A DNA stretch of 34,477 bases from Oculatellaceae cyanobacterium bins.114. Its GTDB lineage: Bacteria > Cyanobacteriota > Cyanobacteriia > Elainellales > Elainellaceae. The translations under genes and the position numbers were made by a program. Of this stretch, positions 27,091-34,477 are shown in pieces; position 1 is the stretch's first letter; every line of letters begins with the position of its first letter. The stretch is taken from the NCBI GenBank assembly GCA_033764315.1, contig JANRJA010000202.1:1-34477 (forward strand). The letters are read 5' to 3'. The notes beneath the pieces are model-generated. The model was not told where the DNA came from. It saw only the letters and a list, made by a program, of their open reading frames with translations, and made no database searches.

Positions 27091-27900
27091 TTAAGCGGCT
27101 GTCCCAAAGTCTTGAGTCCAATAACGACCGTAGTTGACGCTCCCTGTGTCGTTGAGCAACTCATAGTAGCCCACCCCAATCTCACGCAGATTCGCGTTCA
27201 ACATATTTGCACGATGTCCAGGACTGTTGATCCAGGCATTAACCACTGCTTCAGGGGTTTGTTGTCCTGCTGCAATATTTTCAGCCGCTTGTGCCCAGCG
27301 ATAGCCTGCTGCAACCATGCGATCCCAGGGTTGAGAGCCATCTACGCCAGTGTGGGCAAAGAAATCGTGAATGGCCATATTTTGGCTGTGGGTCTGGGCC
27401 GCAGTCGTCAGCTTGGCATTGAGGGTCAGGGGTTGTAGACCAAATTGCTGACGAAAGGCGTTTGTCAAGTTCACCACTTGCTCAACGAAGGGAGAAATGG
27501 GATTAGTGGCACTCTGGGTCGGGTCGGTTGTGGTATCTGCCAAAGGCTGAGCGATCGCCGTTAAGCGATAGCTGGCTTGTCCGGTTGTGGTCGGTGACAC
27601 TCGTAAAAAGAAAGTACCAGCGGTCAAGTTAGGTAGATGCAGGGAAAGAGTTGCCCCAGAGGAGCGCGATCGCCTCATGATCTCGTTGCGTTCAACCTGA
27701 CCATTGCCATTGCGATCTTGCAGTAGCTCTACGGCTATAGGGGTGCTTGAGGGTCTTAAGGTGACGTTGAGACGGTTGGAGCCAGTTAAGGTGAGGCGAT
27801 AACAATCGCTTTGATCGCTCCCCCCAATCACCTCGCTGACGGTAAAGCCCGATCGCAATCGGCTAGCTTGTCTCAATGTATTACCAACTCTATCTCTCAT
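27091..27900 (-). CDS. CAP (SCP/YkwD) domain protein with N-terminal PPC-like beta domain
   Basis: LTN..R...GL.PL, HSQNM, AENIAAG, W.NSPGHRANML and YWTQDFG. Likely ATG at 27900. Confidence 0.9.
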   Translation of the reverse strand: MRDRVGNTLRQASRLRSGFTVSEVIGGSDQSDCYRLTLTGSNRLNVTLRPSSTPIAVELLQDRNGNGQVERNEIMRRSRSSGATLSLHLPNLTAGTFFLRVSPTTTGQASYRLTAIAQPLADTTTDPTQSATNPISPFVEQVVNLTNAFRQQFGLQPLTLNAKLTTAAQTHSQNMAIHDFFAHTGVDGSQPWDRMVAAGYRWAQAAENIAAGQQTPEAVVNAWINSPGHRANMLNANLREIGVGYYELLNDTGSVNYGRYWTQDFGTAA

Positions 27901-28405
27901 AGTGCTTCTACTCCATGCATTTGATATCGACCGATTTACTCTCAGTAAGCCGTCAAATTGCAGAGCAATCAACCTGATATCTACAGAGTTAAATTTTTGA
28001 AGGGGAAGTTTTCTACGAGATTTTTACGATTTCAATTCAGATGAAAGAGTCAATTTTTAAGAATCTCTTTTTTCTAATAAAAATTCCGTTGACTTTTCTT
28101 GAAACACAAGCTTTACGGAGATTACTTACGTAGAATGAGTTAGCTTTGAAGCTTGATTTTCAAGCCCTCTGAGAAACAAACGGGTCGATGTAATCGGCAT
28201 GACGATCGGTACGATTGACGAATTGTAGATTATGTATATATCCGGGCAACTCTGTGTAGAATTACTTAAGTTAAAATGTGGTAATCGGGTCAAGTTTGTA
28301 ATACTTTTAAAGTAGGCTTTTATCCTTTGTTTAAGCTTCATTCACTTCAGGGTGACATTTTGTTACGATGCTGAGCAAATCCTTCTTAGGGGTAGTGATT
28401 CGGTG

Positions 28406-30007
28406 ATGACTAACAAATCCACCCAAGAAACCAAACGACTGAGAGCACTCCGGAGATATCGCATTCTAGATACTCTGCCAGAAGCTGCTTTTGACGATCT
28501 GACTACGCTGGCGGCCCACATTTGTGGAACTCCCATCGCTTCAATTAGCCTCGTCGATACTCACCGTATTTGGTTTAAGTCAAAGGTGGGCTGGGATGGG
28601 GTTGAGACCCCCCGACAGAATGGCTTTTCTGACTACGCGATTCGGCAATCTCACGAAACGCTGGTGATTCCTGATGCTTCTGAGGACGATCGCTTTGCCA
28701 GCAATGCGTTAGTGGTGGCAGACCCCTATGTGCGGTTTTATGCAGGCACTCCTCTGATCACACCTGATGGATATGCGATCGGCACACTCTGCACCCTCGA
28801 TCGCATTCCACGTAAGCTGTCGGCGGGTCAAATTGAGGCACTTCAGGTCTTGGGTCGCCAAGTCATTACCCAATTAGAACTCCGGGCCAATGTCAACCGC
28901 TTAGAACGCACCATTACGCGGCAAAAGCGAGTTGAAAAAGCACTGAACCAAAGTAACAAACGATTTCGGCAACTGGTCGATGAATTGCAGCAAACCCAGA
29001 CTCAACTGATTCAAACCGAAAAGATGTCTAGCTTGGGTCAAATGGTGGCTGGGGTTGCCCATGAAATCAATAATCCAGTGAGCTTTGTCTACGGCAATAT
29101 TACTTATGTCAGCCGCTACATGCAGGATTTGTTTGACCTGCTAAAGCTTTATCAGAAACACTATCCCTATCCTCATGACGAGATTCATGACTGTGTAGAG
29201 GCGATTGACCTCAATTTTCTCTCTGAAGACCTGCCTAAGATCTTGTCTTCTATGAAAGTAGGTGCCGATCGCATTCGTCAGATTGTCCTGTCTTTACGAA
29301 ACTTCTCTCGCCTAGACGAAGCCGAGAAAAAGCCGGTCGATATTCATCAGGGCATCGATAACACATTGCTGATTTTGCAACACCGCTTAAAAGCAACCAA
29401 TGACGGTTTTGGTATTGAGGTCGTTAAGTCGTATGGCAATGTGCCCCCCGTGGAATGCTATGCTGGGCAACTTAATCAAGTCTTTATGAATATTTTGAGC
29501 AATGCGATCGATGCTCTAGAGCAGGCTAATATCACTGCCCTTGAAGAAGGTAAGCCCACAAAAATGGGTCGCATTTGTATTCGGACTGAAGTACTCAATC
29601 GTCGTCTTGAAAATCAAACCTGTGCCTCTGCTCTGATCCACATTACAGATAATGGCCCTGGGATTCCGACTGAGTTGAGAGAGCGCATTTTTGATCCGTT
29701 CTTCACCACTAAACCCGTGGGTAAAGGAACAGGCTTGGGGCTGTCAATTAGCTATCAGATTGTTGTTGAGCGACATGGGGGGTCTTTGAAATGCCTCTCA
29801 GAACCTCAAAAGGGTACTGAATTTTGGATCGAGATTCCGATTCACCCCAGTTGTGAACTTGATGATGCTTTTGACAAAACAGACGCTCAATCGAGTGGGG
29901 CAGCATTGCCTCAATTAGATACCTTGTCTCAATTAGATGCATTGCAATCCCCAGAGTTGTGTCAGACTCCAACCAAAGTCATTGTTTCATCTAAGTTGGC
30001 AGGATAA
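28406..30007 (+). CDS. GAF-sensor histidine kinase
   Basis: GAF (D.RF..N.LV...P.VRFYAG.PL), H-box AHEINNP, N-box [18 protein letters not shown] and GTGLGL. Likely ATG at 28406. Confidence 0.94.
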   Translation: MTNKSTQETKRLRALRRYRILDTLPEAAFDDLTTLAAHICGTPIASISLVDTHRIWFKSKVGWDGVETPRQNGFSDYAIRQSHETLVIPDASEDDRFASNALVVADPYVRFYAGTPLITPDGYAIGTLCTLDRIPRKLSAGQIEALQVLGRQVITQLELRANVNRLERTITRQKRVEKALNQSNKRFRQLVDELQQTQTQLIQTEKMSSLGQMVAGVAHEINNPVSFVYGNITYVSRYMQDLFDLLKLYQKHYPYPHDEIHDCVEAIDLNFLSEDLPKILSSMKVGADRIRQIVLSLRNFSRLDEAEKKPVDIHQGIDNTLLILQHRLKATNDGFGIEVVKSYGNVPPVECYAGQLNQVFMNILSNAIDALEQANITALEEGKPTKMGRICIRTEVLNRRLENQTCASALIHITDNGPGIPTELRERIFDPFFTTKPVGKGTGLGLSISYQIVVERHGGSLKCLSEPQKGTEFWIEIPIHPSCELDDAFDKTDAQSSGAALPQLDTLSQLDALQSPELCQTPTKVIVSSKLAG

Positions 30008-30028
30008 ATCTTAAGGTAGTCCTAAACA

Positions 30029-30067
30029 AGTAAGGATATGCCGCGAGGAGCGCGGCATATCCTTACT
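30029..30067. terminator. Perfect 17-bp hairpin between convergent genes (bidirectional terminator or REP-like element)
   Basis: AGTAAGGATATGCCGCG-aggag-CGCGGCATATCCTTACT. Confidence 0.7.
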
Positions 30068-30115
30068 CAAAAATCATTACTTTTAGAGTACTACCAATCT
30101 TAATTGAGGGTGGTT

Positions 30116-31063
30116 TTATAGGGCTGCAAAGCGATCGGTTGCGTCTATTAAGGCACTGCCAATACCTGGTTCCGTCATGGAATGGCCTGCATCTGGCACG
30201 ATGATAAACTCTGCCTCAGCCCAGACTTTGTGTAACTCCCAGGCAGACACCATAGGGCACACGACATCATACCGTCCCTGCACAATCACCGTGGGAATAT
30301 GCCGAATGCGATCGACATTTTGCAAAAGCTGATCCTCAGGTTCCATAAAGCCACGATTGACAAAATAATGGCATTCAATCCGAGCGAATGCTTCAGCAAA
30401 GTGTTGCTCCCCAAATTTTTGTTGCAGGTTGACATTTGGAACTAACTTGCTGGTGCTGGCCTCCCAAATTGACCAGGCTTGAGCCGCGATCGCCCGTATC
30501 TCTCGATCAGAACTCGTCAGACGTTTGTAATAAGCTCCTATCAAATCATGCCGCTCCTCAGGTGGGATCGGCTCTAGATAAGCTTCCCAGGCATCTGGAA
30601 AAATGTAGCTGGCTCCCTCTTGATAAAACCACAGCAATTCCTTTTGTCGCAGCATAAAAATGCCCCGCAAAATCAGCCCCTTGCACCGTTCAGGATGGGT
30701 TTGACTATAAGCCAGTGCCAGGGTGCTGCCCCAACTGCCGCCAAACACAACCCATTGGGAAATGCCTAGATGAATCCGAATGGTTTCAATGTCGTTGACC
30801 AGATCCCAGGTCGTATTTTCTCGCAACTCAGCGTGGGGTTTGCTATGCCCACAGCCTCGCTGGTCAAACACCACAATTCGCCACTGTTGAGGATCAAAAT
30901 AGCGGCGAAACAGGGGATCGCTGCCACCACCGGGACCACCGTGTAAAAACAGGACAGGCTTACCGTGCGGATTGCCGGATTGCTCGATATAGAGCGTGTG
31001 CAGGTCAGAGACGGAGAGCATCTCAACCCAGTACGGTTCAATGGGTGGATAGAGGTTAAACAT
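30116..31063 (-). CDS. pip: Proline iminopeptidase (S33)
   Basis: HGGPGGG, DQRGCG, GGSWG, LRGIF, GRYD and AGH motifs. Likely ATG at 31063. Confidence 0.96.
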   Translation of the reverse strand: MFNLYPPIEPYWVEMLSVSDLHTLYIEQSGNPHGKPVLFLHGGPGGGSDPLFRRYFDPQQWRIVVFDQRGCGHSKPHAELRENTTWDLVNDIETIRIHLGISQWVVFGGSWGSTLALAYSQTHPERCKGLILRGIFMLRQKELLWFYQEGASYIFPDAWEAYLEPIPPEERHDLIGAYYKRLTSSDREIRAIAAQAWSIWEASTSKLVPNVNLQQKFGEQHFAEAFARIECHYFVNRGFMEPEDQLLQNVDRIRHIPTVIVQGRYDVVCPMVSAWELHKVWAEAEFIIVPDAGHSMTEPGIGSALIDATDRFAAL

Positions 31064-31101
31064 GGGATGCACAACGAACGATGCCAATCCATCGTAACGG
31101 C

Positions 31102-32781
31102 TTATCTCTCACTTCCAGTGAATAGAGCTTGAGAGGCAGATTGACCGAGTTGTTTTAATTGCTGGGTTAATTGAACGTTGACCATCACGATCGCCAACCA
31201 CTGCCCCAAAATTGCCTTGCTGATCAGAGCCATTGAGAAACCTTCAGGTCGGCTAAGTGTCACCCACGGGATTGGGCTAAAGAGAAACAAGACATGAGCC
31301 AAAATCGGGTTTGATGAGGTTGACAAGATGGCAGCAAATATAGGGACAAATATGAGCGTTCCTAAAGCAATGGCTGCCCAAAAGACGCGTTTCAGGGTTT
31401 TCATGAGGAGGACGAGTTGCAGAATCGCCGCATACAGAATAACCAGATTGATGGTAATTATGACCCCTGCAAACCCGTAGATGCGTTGTTCCCAGCTATC
31501 TAACCCAAATGCGACAAGCAACAACAACGGCACACTAAAGATCAACAGGTTAAGGGCGATCGCCACAATAGCTGGGCTACGTTCACCCCACACCAGATCC
31601 CAGATCAAATCTTGCAACCGAGTTCGTAATCGCGATCCGTTTTGTTGAGGGGGGTGTTCAGTCGAGGGCGCGATCGCCTTTTGATCAAAGTGGCGATATC
31701 GTGCCCAATCCATCAAGCTTTGACGCGAAATTGACAGGAGTGCAATCAAGCCCAAAAACATTCCAATATTAATGACAGCAATAGTCCCGATTGTCGAAAA
31801 AGTATCACTAAACGGCTGTGAACTATTGATCAAGAGGGCAAAGCCAACGATCAGTACCTCCAAGTAGAGCACTAAGCCATAGCTCTGCCTTTTGCTGATA
31901 ATGGTTGCCCCAGGCTGGTGAAAACACCGATGGAGTGCCTGCCAGATCCAATAACTGCTGATAGCCAGGTTAATCAGCAGAAACGCATGAGGGATAAAGG
32001 GGTTGTAGGTTGAAAAATTTCCATCATAATTCTCACCAGTCAAGAAGAAGTGCAGGAATGGATTCCAGGTGAAGTAAGCATTCCACAGCATGTAAAGCGG
32101 AACGAAGACGATCGCCGTAAATCCGCTGATTGTTAAGGCATAGATACTTCCTACATTGACATTGCCCAATCCCCCCGATAGTTTACTCAAGAACCCATTG
32201 AGCAACGCTGCGCTATAGACCAAAAAGCTTCCTCCTAGCACCACCCCGTAAAAACTCAACACCACCCAGAGGGGTAATTTTGCCCCAACTGCAGCAACGA
32301 TATGGAAGGGCACTGCTACGGCGATCGCCACATAAACCAAACTGGGAACTCCCAATAGCTTCCCTATCAGGATTGTCCAAGCCGATTGGGGACTGAGACG
32401 AACGAAGTTAAGCGTGCCTCGCTGCTCTTCTTGATAGAGGTCTACAACCAGCGTGAACACACCGGGCACGATTAACCCATACATCAGAAACCAGTGCAGC
32501 ACCTTCATCATGTCTGCCCACCAATCTGCCCAATTCACTAAAAAATTTCCATTTGCGTCTTTTAAGCAACTGGATTCAAGAATGTCAGGGGTGCTGGTGC
32601 AATAGATCGAAAAGCCGTGGTCAGCAGGCAACTGGTTGTAGAAGAAGATAATGATGCCAAGCTGAACGAGAACAGAGGTGGCGATCGCCATCAACACATT
32701 GCGAGCTTTAAAGCGACCCTTGAGTTCGCGAACGAGTTGTGGATTCCAGTCGCTGGCGTGGTTGATCCAACTTGATAACAT
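31102..32781 (-). CDS. Large ABC-2 type exporter permease
   Basis: NPQLVRELKGR and EEQRGTLNFVRLSP...GKLLG, many TM helices, downstream of an ABC ATPase. Confidence 0.85.
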   Translation of the reverse strand: MLSSWINHASDWNPQLVRELKGRFKARNVLMAIATSVLVQLGIIIFFYNQLPADHGFSIYCTSTPDILESSCLKDANGNFLVNWADWWADMMKVLHWFLMYGLIVPGVFTLVVDLYQEEQRGTLNFVRLSPQSAWTILIGKLLGVPSLVYVAIAVAVPFHIVAAVGAKLPLWVVLSFYGVVLGGSFLVYSAALLNGFLSKLSGGLGNVNVGSIYALTISGFTAIVFVPLYMLWNAYFTWNPFLHFFLTGENYDGNFSTYNPFIPHAFLLINLAISSYWIWQALHRCFHQPGATIISKRQSYGLVLYLEVLIVGFALLINSSQPFSDTFSTIGTIAVINIGMFLGLIALLSISRQSLMDWARYRHFDQKAIAPSTEHPPQQNGSRLRTRLQDLIWDLVWGERSPAIVAIALNLLIFSVPLLLLVAFGLDSWEQRIYGFAGVIITINLVILYAAILQLVLLMKTLKRVFWAAIALGTLIFVPIFAAILSTSSNPILAHVLFLFSPIPWVTLSRPEGFSMALISKAILGQWLAIVMVNVQLTQQLKQLGQSASQALFTGSER

Positions 32782-32809
32782 GGGCTTTCTCCAGATGGGT
32801 GGAAGGGTG

Positions 32810-32900
32810 GATGAGTGATGAGTGATGAGTGATGAGTGATGAGTGATGAGTTTTAAGTTTTAAGTTTTAAGTTTTAAGTTTTAAGTTTTAAGTTTTGAAT
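32810..32900. repeat. Compound heptamer tandem array (STRR-type)
   Basis: (GATGAGT)x6 at 32810-32851, then (TTTAAGT)x6 at 32852-32893, then TTTGAAT. Confidence 0.95.
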
Positions 32901-33013
32901 GGGTAGGTAGAAGGTACATCTCGTCATCGCATCATCTCACCTGCTCCCCTTACGATTGGCGATTGGCTATTGACGATCCCCTTCTCTCTTCATTCTTCTC
33001 TTTTCGTTCTTTT

Positions 33014-33964
33014 TTAAGAGGCTTGTTTGTGTCCCAGTTTTAAGAAGATGGTCTCCAGGTCTTCGTGAGTGCAGTGAAATTCGGTCAGGGGAATGCTTGC
33101 ATGAATCAGCGATCGCAGCAGGTCGGCGGCAGCTTCAGGAGTACCTGAGAAATGTACTCTGAGAGTCGATTTAGCTGGCATCACCTCGACTTCATCGACA
33201 TGAGGACAATGTCGCAGTTCGCCTTGCAGGTCATCTAGACTACCCAAGGTAGTCATGACGATCTGTTGGCGACTGAGGCGTTGATAAAGTTCTCGAAGGG
33301 GGGCACTTTCAACCAGATAGCCCAGTTCCATAATGCCGACTGAGGTACACAGTTCTGCCAGATCGCTCAATACATGAGATGAGATGAGAATCGTCATGCC
33401 CACATCGCGCAAGGTCTTCATAATTTCACGAAATTGCAACCGAGCGATTGGGTCTAGCCCCGATACGGGTTCATCGAGCAATAACAAAATGGGTTCGTGA
33501 ATGATTGTGCGGGCGAGGCTGAGGCGTTGTTTCATGCCACGCGACAAAGTGGCGATCGCGTCATGGCGTTTGTGGCTCAACTGCACCAGTTCCAAGACCT
33601 CGTGCAACCGCTGAGTGCGGTGGTTACCCCGTAAGCGATAGAGCCGCGCAAAATAATCGAGGTAATCCCAGACGGTGAGGTCTTCATAGAGTGGAAAATC
33701 ATCGGGCAAGTAACCCAAATGGCGTTTGACGTGAGCGTTGTCTTTGTCTCTGAGCACCCGTTCGCCATTGATGTAGATCTCCCCAATGGTGGGTTGTTCA
33801 GCCATTGCCAACATGCGAATCAGGGTGGTTTTGCCTGCTCCGTTGGGGCCAATTAACCCAAAGACTTCCCCTACCTGAACGTGCAAATCAACATCGTTCA
33901 CTGCAATGTGACGGTCAAATTGTTTAGTTAGCCCATGAGTGGCGATCGCCAGTTCTTGTGTCAT
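33014..33964 (-). CDS. ABC transporter ATP-binding protein
   Basis: GPNGAGKT, LSRGMKQR signature, LLLLDEP and SSH motifs. Confidence 0.96.
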   Translation of the reverse strand: MTQELAIATHGLTKQFDRHIAVNDVDLHVQVGEVFGLIGPNGAGKTTLIRMLAMAEQPTIGEIYINGERVLRDKDNAHVKRHLGYLPDDFPLYEDLTVWDYLDYFARLYRLRGNHRTQRLHEVLELVQLSHKRHDAIATLSRGMKQRLSLARTIIHEPILLLLDEPVSGLDPIARLQFREIMKTLRDVGMTILISSHVLSDLAELCTSVGIMELGYLVESAPLRELYQRLSRQQIVMTTLGSLDDLQGELRHCPHVDEVEVMPAKSTLRVHFSGTPEAAADLLRSLIHASIPLTEFHCTHEDLETIFLKLGHKQAS

Positions 33965-34151
33965 AAGGTCTGTGAGGCTTTGAGCTGGAAAAACTAAACG
34001 CTTAATTACATAGCCTAGCCGTTACCTACAATCGATGTCATTGGATTTTCGAGTAAAGAGGGGATCATGATATGCAAAGATAATGAGAGTATTGCTTTCA
34101 GGAATGTTGCATTACTTAACGGTACAGTTGCTAGAGAGACCCCAAAACGTT

Positions 34152-34379
34152 ATGAAAGTTGGCGATCGCGTTCGTGTCAAAGAATCGATTACCATTTATC
34201 ATCATCCCGAACACCGCAATGAACCGTTTGATATCAAAGGTCAAGAGGGAGAAATTGTTGCGATTGTTAGCGAATGGCACGGGAAGCCGATTAGTGCAAA
34301 TTTACCAGTGCAGGTTAAATTTACACCCAAGTTCAGAGCGCATCTGCGAGAAAATGAGCTTGAAGTGTTAGACATTTAA
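34152..34379 (+). CDS. ftrV: Ferredoxin-thioredoxin reductase variable chain
   Basis: MKVGDRVRVKES...YHHPEHR...FDIKG.EG...W.GKPISANLP..V.F...FRAHL. ATG at 34152. Confidence 0.93.
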   Translation: MKVGDRVRVKESITIYHHPEHRNEPFDIKGQEGEIVAIVSEWHGKPISANLPVQVKFTPKFRAHLRENELEVLDI

Positions 34380-34460
34380 GCACTACGTCTAATTCAGCAT
34401 CGTCATTCTCTGAGTGCGACCGTCTCGGTGCGTTTCGGGTGCATCTGACGGTCGGGGGAG

Positions 34461-34477
34461 TGGCGGTTAAAACCACA
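34461..34477 (+). repeat. Dispersed repeat core (TGGCGGTTAAAACC), cut off by the window end
   Basis: 14-bp exact match to 982-995 and 14641-14654. Confidence 0.6.

Larger units (their letters stand above)
333..34169. repeat. HIP1 palindrome GCGATCGC dispersed across the window
   Basis: Dozens of copies, mostly inside genes, e.g. 333-340, 472-479, 1831-1838 and 34162-34169. This is a cyanobacterial hallmark. Confidence 0.97.

Noticed and set aside
27049..27438. 129-aa Cys-rich + strand ORF
   Set aside because: Antisense shadow of the CAP domain.
28126..28341. 71-aa minus-strand ORF in the CAP / kinase spacer
   Set aside because: AT-rich promoter-like sequence with no domain similarity that I can recognise.
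28406..28900. GAF domain as a cyanobacteriochrome photosensor
   Set aside because: No bilin-binding CH or DXCF-type motif is visible.
32810..32900. CRISPR array
   Set aside because: 7-bp units without spacers, and no cas genes in the window.

Overview
A 34.5 kb piece of cyanobacterial core chromosome. The HIP1 octamer GCGATCGC recurs throughout and the gene set is typical of cyanobacteria. Left part: DUF2808 gene, the conserved rpmH-rnpA-PH domain-yidC-jag-yceD-ycf46-SH3 cluster, then a peptidoglycan-binding gene meeting furA tail to tail, followed by sigC. Middle: a hypothetical gene, ilvN, a PEP-synthase-like protein with a degenerate N-terminal domain, a Ser/Thr kinase-WD40 protein, the DUF3593/DUF2499 pair, csaB and a coiled-coil protein. 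Right part: an ABC-2 permease, a Zn-dependent dehydrogenase, an MFS transporter, moeB(Z) with a JAB/M67 peptidase, a CAP protein, a GAF histidine kinase, pip, an ABC exporter pair and ftrV. I see no transposase, integrase, CRISPR array, rRNA or tRNA. Intergenic spaces hold several small palindromic or MITE-like repeats and heptamer arrays. I cannot support a wholly new multi-gene system. The best leads are the furA antisense arrangement, a SigJ J-box-like site before sigC, the atypical PEP-utilising protein, an HRDIT kinase and the nested dispersed repeats. All family assignments come from recognising motifs by eye, not from database searches.
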